This document shows, piece by piece, positions 46,482 through 55,240 of a DNA stretch of 57,914 bases. The notes under the pieces were generated by a model. It made no database searches, was not told where the DNA came from, and worked only from the letters and a program-made list of their open reading frames with translations. Position numbers and translations under genes: made by a program. Origin of the DNA: a virus (lineage: Duplodnaviria > Caudoviricetes). The stretch lies in the IMG/VR virus record IMGVR_UViG_3300044993_000054, positions 1-57,914 of that record; one strand, 5' to 3'. Position 1 is the stretch's first letter. Each line of letters opens with the position of its first letter.

Positions 46482-46576
46482 ATCTTATCCTCCAGAGACG
46501 GATTGATGTGGAAGGAACCAACAAGCGCATCGCGCGCTGGTACCTCCTGGATCGCCCTGGAGGTTGGCCTGATTCG

Positions 46577-46606
46577 CTTATACTCGACAACGTGAGCTTT
46601 CGTCAA
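46577..46606 (-). promoter_or_regulatory. Putative MCP promoter TTGACG-N18-TATAAG
   Basis: Near-consensus hexamers just downstream of the moron terminator. Confidence 0.55.
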
Positions 46607-46613
46607 GATGTAG

Positions 46614-46645
46614 CAAAAAGGGCTCAGCCATGAGGCGGAGCCCTT
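46614..46645 (-). terminator. Intrinsic terminator after the moron gene
   Basis: AAGGGCTC...GAGCCCTT stem with a T-run on the minus strand. Confidence 0.7.
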
Positions 46646-46672
46646 AGTTGATTCCTGGACCTGGATGGTCGG

Positions 46673-46939
46673 TCAGACAGAGGTGAGACTTCCGAACTCC
46701 CAGACTTTCCTGAAGCCTCCCCGGATACCGAAAAAGCAAAGGGCCAAAGTGTCATCGGCCAGGAGAACAAGCGAGAAAACTCCAGTAGCCCCAGAAGTCG
46801 TGGTGCGGAGGAAGTTAGCGGCCTGAGCTTCCGCCTCCTTGCGGGTGGGAATGTTCTGTGGGTGCTTCAAGCACTCCAACAAGTGGGGAGTGATGTGACG
46901 GGCAGCTTTAGTGTGGGGAGCGGGAAAGCGAAGGGTCAT
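46673..46939 (-). CDS. Moron-like hypothetical protein with its own early-type promoter
   Basis: 88-aa ORF flanked by the box promoter and a terminator, between scaffold and MCP. Confidence 0.7.
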   Translation of the reverse strand: MTLRFPAPHTKAARHITPHLLECLKHPQNIPTRKEAEAQAANFLRTTTSGATGVFSLVLLADDTLALCFFGIRGGFRKVWEFGSLTSV

Positions 46940-46968
46940 GAGGACCTCCATTGTGAGCCCCGGCCCAT

Positions 46969-47011
46969 CCGGGGATAAGTCCTAGATAGACCCTAACCGG
47001 GGATAAGTCAA
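46969..47011 (-). promoter_or_regulatory. sigma70 promoter TTGACT-N17-TATCTA with two TTATCCCCGG boxes
   Basis: Boxes at 46969 and 46997; -35 at 47006-47011. Confidence 0.8.
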
Positions 47012-47052
47012 GAGGCGGACAACAACTAATTTGCCCGCCGCCGAACTTTTTG

Positions 47053-47826
47053 TCAACCAGCTTTCCTGGCAGCCAGTCCCGCCTTGATGCGCTCAATCGG
47101 GGTAAGCTCCTTGTTAGGGTTCACAGGAGGCTTCGCCCCGGTCTTACCCGGCAGAGCTCCACCGCCACTTTTTGCCTCGCTCTTGAACAGGGGTTTGTAC
47201 ATCTCCATGCTCTTCATCTCGCGCACCAGCTCACGGATGGTCATGGGCTGGCCGGTTCCGCCGCTGATTCGAGGGTCCCCGTCCTTGTCCACAACTACGG
47301 CCTTGAACTCACCATCCTGCTCGATAACCTTAACTTGACGCTCCACAAAGGGCATCGCCAGCTCTACAATTGCTCCTTCCGCCGCGAGGGCTTCGCTCGC
47401 GCCTGAGGTCACCAGGTACCTGTGAACCGTTCCCCGGAGGGCTTCCTGAACCTTGCGCTCCTCGGCAATAGCCTTGTCCATGGCCGCCTTCATTTCCTGG
47501 CGGACCTTTTCCACGTTCAGCTTGCTTTCGGCCCCCTTGGTGGCCGCTTCCTCAAGCTCGGCCAGACGCGCCTTGATCCTTTCCTTGATTGTGGGAAGGT
47601 CTTCGCCGAACTCCTCCAGACCCGACAGATCCACTTGGGATTTGCGCAGTAGGGTCTTGTTTTCATCCCTGATCTTGCTATTGACCTGGAACAGTCCAGT
47701 GATGGCGTCTGCCACTCCACGAAGGTTCTCGGGAATGGCGTACTTACCCCCAGCCTCAGCGTAGATGGGCCGGAGGTTCTCCGGGATAGTTTCGAGGCTT
47801 TCCATTTCATGCTTGAGAACGGTCAT
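47053..47826 (-). CDS. Capsid scaffolding protein
   Basis: Coiled coil, LFKS...GGG, C-terminal ERIKAGL; upstream of the MCP. Confidence 0.75.
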   Translation of the reverse strand: MTVLKHEMESLETIPENLRPIYAEAGGKYAIPENLRGVADAITGLFQVNSKIRDENKTLLRKSQVDLSGLEEFGEDLPTIKERIKARLAELEEAATKGAESKLNVEKVRQEMKAAMDKAIAEERKVQEALRGTVHRYLVTSGASEALAAEGAIVELAMPFVERQVKVIEQDGEFKAVVVDKDGDPRISGGTGQPMTIRELVREMKSMEMYKPLFKSEAKSGGGALPGKTGAKPPVNPNKELTPIERIKAGLAARKAG

Positions 47827-47882
47827 TGGGTCACTCCTGTGAATCGCTCACCCCCGGGTCGCCCTGGGTGGAGGGTTAACGG

Positions 47883-48128
47883 TCAAGCCCCGAGCGGGGG
47901 ACTGACCGGATCACCGCTGGAAGTATACCAACCAGCGGAGGGCTTCTGCCCGAGGAGAGAAGCCAGGGTGCCAGCTTTGTCTTCCCCCCAGGCTTGTGAA
48001 CCGTCCGGGAAGCGAACCAGTGTGGTCACTTCGCCTTCCGGGCTCACGTAGTAGAACAGCTCAGGCCCATCATCGTCAAGATCAACGATGCCCGGGATGA
48101 ACTGTTGCATCTTATCTTCCATGCTCAT
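47883..48128 (-). CDS. Small acidic protein downstream of MuF-ART (candidate immunity/partner)
   Basis: 81 aa; ATGA overlap with the MuF-ART stop. Confidence 0.55.
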   Translation of the reverse strand: MSMEDKMQQFIPGIVDLDDDGPELFYYVSPEGEVTTLVRFPDGSQAWGEDKAGTLASLLGQKPSAGWYTSSGDPVSPPLGA

Positions 48129-51100
48129 ACTTCTTCCACCTCTACAATGATTTGGAAGCCTTGACGGGACACAGACTTTACGCGGATGTTGGTTCCAGGA
48201 GGAAACAGCACCTCGCGTTCTCCCTTATTTAGACTAAAACTGTCAACGTCTCGACCACTACGGTGTTGAACGAACTTCAACTGGACATTTCTTCCTTTTC
48301 CGAAGACTCCATCAGTGGATGTAGACGTGAAACGCTTCTCCTCAAGCACCGCTCCGACTCTGTATCGGTTCAGAAACTCGCCCAAGTCGATATAGTCTAC
48401 ATAAATGTTACGATAAAGTGTCATAGTCCCGTCAACCGGGGGGAGCTTTCGCAAACCTTCCTGTGCCAGCTCCACAAGAGCTTGAAGCTGAAAATCATTT
48501 CGATACTTTGTTGGATGCGCGAGACGCGGGTTTACTTTTTCATACCAATCTCCGGTGTACTGCTGTATGACAGTGAACTCCAGATCGGTAAGCTCCTTGA
48601 GCGGAGACGGGGTGATTGATCCGAACTCTTTCAACACAGCAGCTCGCTTCTGTTCCTCCGTAAACCGAGGGGGTGGGGGCATCCCTTCTGCTGGAGTTTT
48701 GGCTGGACGTGAAGGTGTAAAGTCTGCTTTGCTCGAAGCTCCACCATATACCTTAAGCAAAGCATCCTTCGCAGCCTTTTGAGCAGCCTGCGTCCAGGGA
48801 GGATTAGCCAGTCCCGCGAGCTTCTGAATGAGCTCCAGAAGAGGCTTACCCTTGACTGGGTCAAAATTGCCGAAAGTCGCAGCTAGGACGTTCTCCACGT
48901 CCTTCATCGAGCCGGTAGCCTTAATGTGGGCCACCGCGTTCTGTACTGCAGTTTTTGATGTTGGGCCCAATGCGTTATAGGCCTGTTCTGCTGCCTTGAT
49001 CTCCGCCGCTGTTAACGGAACGGCTCCCGGAGCAGGTACCGGCTGAACCTTAACCTTAGACGCGAGCTTAGCCTCAACCTTCGCCCATGATCCCATCGCC
49101 TTGTGAAGGGTCTTAGCCGCCTTAGTGATGCTTGTGCCGTCATCAACAATGTTTAGACCCTTTGAAAGAGCTGCCATCTTGTTCTTGACTGCATAAGCAG
49201 TGTTAGGGTCCTCCGCCAGCTTCAGCGCCTCATCCACCTCCTTCTTGGAAGGCATCTCAGCTTTCTTCTTAGCCGCTGCGAGCTGAGCCTTGTAAGCACT
49301 GATGGTCTTTTCGGTCACCCCGCTGTTCGGGAAGTACCATTGAGTGGCCGCCAACACTTCATCAGGAGACTTACCGGCAGCCAACATAGCTTTCGCGTAG
49401 GTGTCTGGGGTCTTGTGACCTGTAACGGGAAAGGAGGCTGCTGCCGCAGGGGGGACAGGCTTTTTAGGCGCAAGGGACTTCTGAAGAAGAACCTGAATGG
49501 CCTTGATCTCATCCGCAAAATGGATCAGGAACGGTCCCGCCTGTGTGCCCCAGGAAGTGAGCGCCCCCGGATGGATGGCTAGACCGAACAACTCATCAAT
49601 CAACACTTCCCCATTGAGACCGAGCGGGCCCAACTCAATAGACTGCGCCTTTTTGTAGATTGCTGTGACCAAATCGGAGTCAAGAGGTCCAACAGCTTGC
49701 TCCCTAAGTACGTGTCCCAGGGCTTTAGCGTACACAGCAGTAGACCGCTCCTTGGACATCTTGCCCAAGGTGGGACCAGACAACTTGACCCCCTCACCGG
49801 GAAGATGGAGGAGATAAAGCCCAGGGGGGGCTCCCTGAAGATCAGACACAATGTCTGCCCAGCCGGGAGGAGCCGCCGCGCTGATGTGCGGAGGAAGTCC
49901 GTTCTGAAACTCATCCAGCGTCTTCACCGCTTGAGCCGTGCCTTGCGGAACTTCTGCGCCGCTGAGCATCCCCGAAGTCTGAAGGTTCTTTCGGATGATA
50001 CCAACCTGCTGAGCGGTAACGCCCGCTGCAGGGTAGGCTTTCTGTGCGCTATCAAGAACGCTTTTCCAGTCCCGCCCCTTCAGAAGCTCGCGTCGAATGT
50101 ATTGCCTCACATTCGGGGCTGCCGCTGCCTTCGCCACATCTGCAGCCTTCTTGGGCGTTCCCGTTGAGGTCACGAAGTCCCCAATGGAATGGCCTTTACG
50201 GAAAAGCTCCGCCCGCGAGCGCCCCAACACGCGGTTCTGAAAATCATGGGTCTGAGTCCTGAGCCACTCCTCATAATTCGTTGCTGCTGGGGTTCTCCCT
50301 ACATTAGCGGTAGCCCACTCCTTGCGGACCTGCTGGATAGACTTTCCCTGTTCCTTGGCCATCCGTCTGAAGTCAATTTCCCGCTTCTCAGGAGTCCGTG
50401 TGTCGATGACCGTTGGTCTTTCCCCGATAATCCCCAAACCGTCTAGAACGGCCACCATGAGGGAACGACAATTGGGGTGGGCAGGAGGCCTCGCATCAGG
50501 AGGAGTCAGCTCCCGTTCCCCTGGAGCAAGAGGTTTGTCGCCCAGAGGGGCAACCATCCCGTCACGACTTGCACAAATCAGGGAAGTGCGACCATCAAGG
50601 GTCGCGGTCCAGCGAAGGCCACGGATGATGTCGCTATTTGCCATCCAGACTTCGTTGCGAGCCGCATTGCTCACATGGTTTGTGGCCGTCCTCACGATGG
50701 TTTCTGCGTGCCGCCGAGACGTGGAAAGGATGCCGTCAGTGAACCCACTAGCCTTCGTTCCCCGAATGACCCGAATCATCTCATCAATGGTCTGTCCTTC
50801 CGTAACCCCTAGACTGATCGCCCGAGTGATTGCTGTGATATCTTTGGTGGCAAGGTCGCTAAACCACTGCGACATGGTTGCGCCCTGAAAGGGTTTGGCC
50901 ATTGCGGAAGCAACCACCTGCTCTATGTTCACGGAAGCGAAGCTGCGCTCAATAGGGATCACCCGCTTGATAGCCTGCTCCTCCCATGCTGCTTCTAGGG
51001 CGGCCAGTTGTTCAAGGTTAAGTCGCGTGTCCTGTAGAAGCTCCAGCCATACTGCCTTGCGGAGGTCTTTCACTTCCTTCAACAGTGAATGAAGTCTTGA

Positions 51101-51265
51101 CTTCTGGAAAGTCGTAAGGTCGCCCTTGAGCTTCTTAACCAGGTCCTGATCCACTGTCGTGAGATAGTCCAGGACGTCATTGAGAACGTCCTGGGTCATC
51201 CGCCTGACAGCAATCTGACGCTGAAGGGTTAGGTCAAACAGCTCCTGATTGGCCGTTGCCATCAT
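48125..51265 (-). CDS. MuF/SPP1 gp7-like head morphogenesis protein fused to a C-terminal ADP-ribosyltransferase
   Basis: MuF: RTATNH, WTATLDGRTS..C..RDG, PPAHPNCRS. ART: QQYTG, LYRN, FTSTS, GEREVLFPPG. Confidence 0.88.
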   Translation of the reverse strand: MMATANQELFDLTLQRQIAVRRMTQDVLNDVLDYLTTVDQDLVKKLKGDLTTFQKSRLHSLLKEVKDLRKAVWLELLQDTRLNLEQLAALEAAWEEQAIKRVIPIERSFASVNIEQVVASAMAKPFQGATMSQWFSDLATKDITAITRAISLGVTEGQTIDEMIRVIRGTKASGFTDGILSTSRRHAETIVRTATNHVSNAARNEVWMANSDIIRGLRWTATLDGRTSLICASRDGMVAPLGDKPLAPGERELTPPDARPPAHPNCRSLMVAVLDGLGIIGERPTVIDTRTPEKREIDFRRMAKEQGKSIQQVRKEWATANVGRTPAATNYEEWLRTQTHDFQNRVLGRSRAELFRKGHSIGDFVTSTGTPKKAADVAKAAAAPNVRQYIRRELLKGRDWKSVLDSAQKAYPAAGVTAQQVGIIRKNLQTSGMLSGAEVPQGTAQAVKTLDEFQNGLPPHISAAAPPGWADIVSDLQGAPPGLYLLHLPGEGVKLSGPTLGKMSKERSTAVYAKALGHVLREQAVGPLDSDLVTAIYKKAQSIELGPLGLNGEVLIDELFGLAIHPGALTSWGTQAGPFLIHFADEIKAIQVLLQKSLAPKKPVPPAAAASFPVTGHKTPDTYAKAMLAAGKSPDEVLAATQWYFPNSGVTEKTISAYKAQLAAAKKKAEMPSKKEVDEALKLAEDPNTAYAVKNKMAALSKGLNIVDDGTSITKAAKTLHKAMGSWAKVEAKLASKVKVQPVPAPGAVPLTAAEIKAAEQAYNALGPTSKTAVQNAVAHIKATGSMKDVENVLAATFGNFDPVKGKPLLELIQKLAGLANPPWTQAAQKAAKDALLKVYGGASSKADFTPSRPAKTPAEGMPPPPRFTEEQKRAAVLKEFGSITPSPLKELTDLEFTVIQQYTGDWYEKVNPRLAHPTKYRNDFQLQALVELAQEGLRKLPPVDGTMTLYRNIYVDYIDLGEFLNRYRVGAVLEEKRFTSTSTDGVFGKGRNVQLKFVQHRSGRDVDSFSLNKGEREVLFPPGTNIRVKSVSRQGFQIIVEVEEV

Positions 51266-52697
51266 CCCCCTCCTCGCTTACCCCTAAGCGTTCTCCTCCC
51301 TGAATCAGGTCTTGAGCTTCCAACTCGATAAGCAACTTGTCCGCTTCGGGGTCATAATCGTCAGACAACCAGCCGCGCCGTTTCATCTCCGCAAGATAGG
51401 TAGCGCGGCTGATATCCCGGCGGTTCCTAGCAGCCTCAATCGCGTTCCAGCCCACCTCATCCGGGTCATCCAGACCAAAGTCTACCTTGACAAACACGGA
51501 AGCAGCTTTTTCGGCTCCTACCCAATCGGCTGCAATCTGAAAACACAATTCAAGGGCATCCTTGAAGGACAAGGCGATAGCCTGAAGCTGACTTAACGCT
51601 TCCGCTGTATCCAAAGCCCGGACAGTAGCCTTGAGGTCCCCAGGCTTCGAGCGAAGGAACTGTGCCCCGTAGGCACTCATCATCTCCTCAAGATGTCGGA
51701 GCTGATCCATTCCGGTCTTGATCGCCGCCCCGCTGTGTTCCACGTAGTAGAATTTGCCCTGATCGCTCCGGGTGGCAAGTATCTGATTGGGACCGAGGCG
51801 CATCAGTCCGCCGTCTCCGCCCACATCACTGGTGTCCACGCCCGACATGGCCAACATCGGAAAGCAGGCGACACTGATGATGTTGTTCAGGTCCGCTTCG
51901 AGCTGCCAGTGACGCACATTCATGTATGCGAGGTCAAGAAGCGGAGGCTTAGCCAACCCAAGGCTTTCCCGGTTGGTGTAAAAGGTAACCAACGGGATGT
52001 AATCCAACCCCGTCTCCCACTCATCAATCATCACCCAGGTAGCCTTACGGTTCTTGACTTTTCGTTCCTCCCAAAGCTGCCCTTTCCCGGGCTCCAGAAC
52101 GCGAATGCGCTGAACCAGTCTCTCGCCCCAGCCATCGCGGACCAACTCCGACTCAGCAATGCGCACATGATCAAGAACCTCCCGGCCCCCGATCATGGTT
52201 CCCGACATGAAAATGACGCTTTCAGCCGGAATGTGAACGAAGTAAGGGCGCAAACCTTCCGCCTTATCATCAGCAAGGGTCCGAGGTTCTGCACTGGGAA
52301 AGATGCGCGGCATATCCACTAGGACGTGAGACAAACCCTTAGCCATTCCGTCCCGGAACCAGCGGCGGGCAAACACGTCCAGGTTATTGCCCTGAAGGTC
52401 AATGTCTTCCGCCCACTGAAGCTGTTCCTCGGGAGGATCATCCGTCAGTCTTACCGGGTCTGCAAAGGGTTTGCCCGATAGCATATCCAGCGTGATCTCG
52501 GTCATATTGAGGAGGGTAGCCGTCTCCAGACGGCGGCGCCAACTCCGGTCACTTTCCTCCTGATGTCTGGGCAATAGAGCTTCGCCCGCAAGGCGCATGG
52601 TTTCCGTACCGCCCAGAAGGTTATTGATGATCTCCCAGCGAGGAGCCATCTTTTGATAAGCTGTAGACCTGTTGTCAGGTCCTGTATTTTCAGCCAT
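51234..52697 (-). CDS. Portal protein (DUF4055-like)
   Basis: LLGGTETMR, IDLQGNNLD.F, PPLLDLA..N..HWQ; follows terL. Confidence 0.85.
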   Translation of the reverse strand: MAENTGPDNRSTAYQKMAPRWEIINNLLGGTETMRLAGEALLPRHQEESDRSWRRRLETATLLNMTEITLDMLSGKPFADPVRLTDDPPEEQLQWAEDIDLQGNNLDVFARRWFRDGMAKGLSHVLVDMPRIFPSAEPRTLADDKAEGLRPYFVHIPAESVIFMSGTMIGGREVLDHVRIAESELVRDGWGERLVQRIRVLEPGKGQLWEERKVKNRKATWVMIDEWETGLDYIPLVTFYTNRESLGLAKPPLLDLAYMNVRHWQLEADLNNIISVACFPMLAMSGVDTSDVGGDGGLMRLGPNQILATRSDQGKFYYVEHSGAAIKTGMDQLRHLEEMMSAYGAQFLRSKPGDLKATVRALDTAEALSQLQAIALSFKDALELCFQIAADWVGAEKAASVFVKVDFGLDDPDEVGWNAIEAARNRRDISRATYLAEMKRRGWLSDDYDPEADKLLIELEAQDLIQGGERLGVSEEGDDGNGQSGAV

Positions 52698-52736
52698 TGT
52701 GGTCTCCTTCGAGCTAAGTTAGCCGGTGATGCTGTG

Positions 52737-54173
52737 TCAAAGAACCTTCCTTTTGATGGTGAGGTCCTTTCGCGTCAGGCGGTACCGAACTTCATCGGCA
52801 ATATGATCCTCCGCCTCGGTGTCGATGTCATCAGGATTGCGTTGTGAGCGAGGGAGGACGGGGACTGTCTCCTGAAACTGGACACAACGGCGGGTGACGA
52901 AAAGTCCGGGTTGTTCCCTAGGCTCCCCTATCCTAATGGGAGCAGCATTGGAAAGACGTTCCCGAAGGATTTGCCAGCCTTGAACCCGACTGCCTGGGCT
53001 CTTGTCGGCCTTCTCCCAATACACACCGGCCATCCGCATATCCCGTTCAATAGACATACCATTCTCCTCTCCCCAGATGGCCGAGTCAGCAGGACCAGGG
53101 ACAACCCGCCCCTTGAGCCCCATGTCCTCCTCCCGATCCAGAATGCCTAGGGCGATGTCTCGGGCAAGCATCTTGACGCCCTCATTGCGCCGTCCCGTCC
53201 AACCGTACCACTCGGCAAAGCGTACTAGGTCCCCCCGGACTTCACCGATGAGCCTGTCCCCGATCTTGATGGGCTCCCCGTTACTCTCAGCCCACCAGCC
53301 AACCGAAAAAGGCTTTGAGGAACCCCAGTCAAAACTCCGATCCACCCGCCACCCCCGAGGAATGGCCGAAGCAGGAAAGTCCGGCACTACGTTGAAACGG
53401 GGCTTCCAGACGTCATCGAACATCCCCCCGGCCACGATGTCCCAGGAACCTTCTAGCCAAGCCTTCAGCTCCGCATCATTTCGTGCAGCAGCTCGAAGAC
53501 GGTTGAGATACTCGGGATCAGCCTCCAACAGAACCCGGTTCTCATGAATGTTCCCGTGGATAGCCATGCGAGGAGGCTCTGGCCTTCCATCTGGCCCGAT
53601 ACTGTCCAGGATAGGGCGTCCGCGCATAGCCGGCAATCGGTATCGGGCTTTGACCCAATTGTGACCGATACCATAGGGGTTGGTGGTAGAGCGGACACGG
53701 GCGAACTTCGCAACTTCAGGGTGCGAGGAACGACAGCAAGACATCATTCTCAGGAAACTTTCATCATCTGCCCAGGTGGTAAGCTCCTCCCATCCAATCC
53801 AGGGGTATTCATGGCCGTGGTGAGCCCAATAATCGTCTGGACGCGACATATGGCGGAGCAACAGCTGTTCGCCCGTGGGCCAGGTCCACGTGGACTTCGC
53901 TTCATTGAAGGTCGGGGCGTTACGGAACTGGCTGAACCATTTCTTGGATTTAGCGATAACGTCCGTCAGCTCGGGATAGCTTCTGCGAAACAGGATGCCG
54001 CGCCAAGCCTCACCCCACCCTCGCCCAGTATCCCCCGCGAAGTCCATGATGAGGGCATCCGTCTTGCCCGGTCCCCGCGTTCCTTCGTATAGCACCTCAA
54101 ACAAAGGGCAGCTAAGGAACTCAGTTTGAGAACCTGGCTGGGGAGCCCAGACGATGGGGACCTGAACATTCAT
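52737..54173 (-). CDS. terL: Terminase large subunit
   Basis: YEGTRGPGKT, WEELT, TTNP.G.GH.WVK, RSFDWGSSKPF, ADSA, EDHIADEVRY. Confidence 0.92.
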   Translation of the reverse strand: MNVQVPIVWAPQPGSQTEFLSCPLFEVLYEGTRGPGKTDALIMDFAGDTGRGWGEAWRGILFRRSYPELTDVIAKSKKWFSQFRNAPTFNEAKSTWTWPTGEQLLLRHMSRPDDYWAHHGHEYPWIGWEELTTWADDESFLRMMSCCRSSHPEVAKFARVRSTTNPYGIGHNWVKARYRLPAMRGRPILDSIGPDGRPEPPRMAIHGNIHENRVLLEADPEYLNRLRAAARNDAELKAWLEGSWDIVAGGMFDDVWKPRFNVVPDFPASAIPRGWRVDRSFDWGSSKPFSVGWWAESNGEPIKIGDRLIGEVRGDLVRFAEWYGWTGRRNEGVKMLARDIALGILDREEDMGLKGRVVPGPADSAIWGEENGMSIERDMRMAGVYWEKADKSPGSRVQGWQILRERLSNAAPIRIGEPREQPGLFVTRRCVQFQETVPVLPRSQRNPDDIDTEAEDHIADEVRYRLTRKDLTIKRKVL

Positions 54174-54454
54174 CAGTGCGACCTCTGGTTAACCTCCATG
54201 ATGAGCTCCTTGAACAACTCCGTTGCTTTACGGGCGATGTCTCCGCTGTCGAAGTTGTCCCCGTGGGTCTGCTCCAGATACTCCGCGAGTGCTCCGCCTG
54301 CCGCGAGAACTGCTTGAGTCGTCCGCGCCTCGGTCCCCTGATAGGGTACATCCGTTTGCGCGATCACACCACGTCTCATCTCACTCCCCAGCCGTACCCG
54401 AAGGAACCGCGAGCGGTCCGGCTTCTCCATCAGCTTGATCTCTAGCTCAGGCAT
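54173..54454 (-). CDS. Hypothetical protein
   Basis: 93-aa ORF coupled to terL. Confidence 0.6.
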   Translation of the reverse strand: MPELEIKLMEKPDRSRFLRVRLGSEMRRGVIAQTDVPYQGTEARTTQAVLAAGGALAEYLEQTHGDNFDSGDIARKATELFKELIMEVNQRSH

Positions 54455-54463
54455 TCCTAGACC

Positions 54464-54904
54464 TCAAAACAAAAGGAATAAAAGAACGATGAGGGCGGTA
54501 ACGGCCATTGTCCACTTCAGATGCCAAGTCACGTCCACCGCGTCCTCGCGCAAACTGAACATACGATATGCCTTCAAATGACACCACGCAGCAGCAATGA
54601 TCCCTCCCTGGCGAACCACTACATTGAAGATGTCCCCGTTGTCGAGAAACCACGTCTGATAGGGTGAGTTAAGAACGCGAGCCGTCCAGTACGCAGCCCA
54701 GTAAAGGGTCGCCAGCGCCATTCCGAAGAACGAAACTGCAACCCCAATCACCAGAAAGTCCGCTGCATCCCGTCCACGGCGGATTGCCCTGAAGGCTTCC
54801 GGGATCCAGTAACGAAGCACCAGCGCCGAAAGAACCACTGCCGGAACGGTAGTGACCACTGTCAGGATTTCATCGAGACGGTTCAATTTTTGTGATCCTT
54901 TCAA
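54464..54904 (-). CDS. Multi-pass membrane protein
   Basis: About four hydrophobic helices. Confidence 0.65.
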   Translation of the reverse strand: MKGSQKLNRLDEILTVVTTVPAVVLSALVLRYWIPEAFRAIRRGRDAADFLVIGVAVSFFGMALATLYWAAYWTARVLNSPYQTWFLDNGDIFNVVVRQGGIIAAAWCHLKAYRMFSLREDAVDVTWHLKWTMAVTALIVLLFLLF

Positions 54905-55058
54905 GAGCTTCCTTCGACAGGCTCACAGTCAGCCCCTTATCCTTTGCCTCCTGGAGCTTCCTTTGAAGAGCGTTAAGGGCGTCCCTATCCTCCACCCGAG
55001 CTTTTTCCAGGTCGGGGCAGGAAGTGCCCCGAAGCAGCCTCTTGATCACCTCCATCAA
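54870..55058 (-). CDS. Small hypothetical protein
   Basis: 62 aa; overlap-coupled to neighbours. Confidence 0.5.
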   Translation of the reverse strand: MMEVIKRLLRGTSCPDLEKARVEDRDALNALQRKLQEAKDKGLTVSLSKEALERITKIEPSR

Positions 55059-55240
55059 CTCTTGTCCTCCACTTTCACTTGCCTCGCCACCTCGCGCCAG
55101 AACGCGGCCTGTTCCTTGTGCGTGTCCCTAAGCTCCTTCTGAAGCTCTTCATTACGGGTCCAGAGCTTCCAGACCACGAAGGACAACACCGCGTTGATTC
55201 CTCCGGCCTTCAGAAGCTCTGTCCAGGGGATTTGTTCCAT
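55055..55240 (-). CDS. Small TM plus coiled-coil protein (holin/spanin-like)
   Basis: N-terminal hydrophobic segment followed by a charged helix. Confidence 0.5.
   Translation of the reverse strand: MEQIPWTELLKAGGINAVLSFVVWKLWTRNEELQKELRDTHKEQAAFWREVARQVKVEDKS

Noticed and set aside
41684-46595. Long plus-strand ORFs (e.g. 41684-43432, 45060-46595; also 4106-5197, 22795-23721, 26816-27886)
   Set aside because: Antisense shadows of well-supported minus-strand genes in GC-rich DNA; no recognisable motifs
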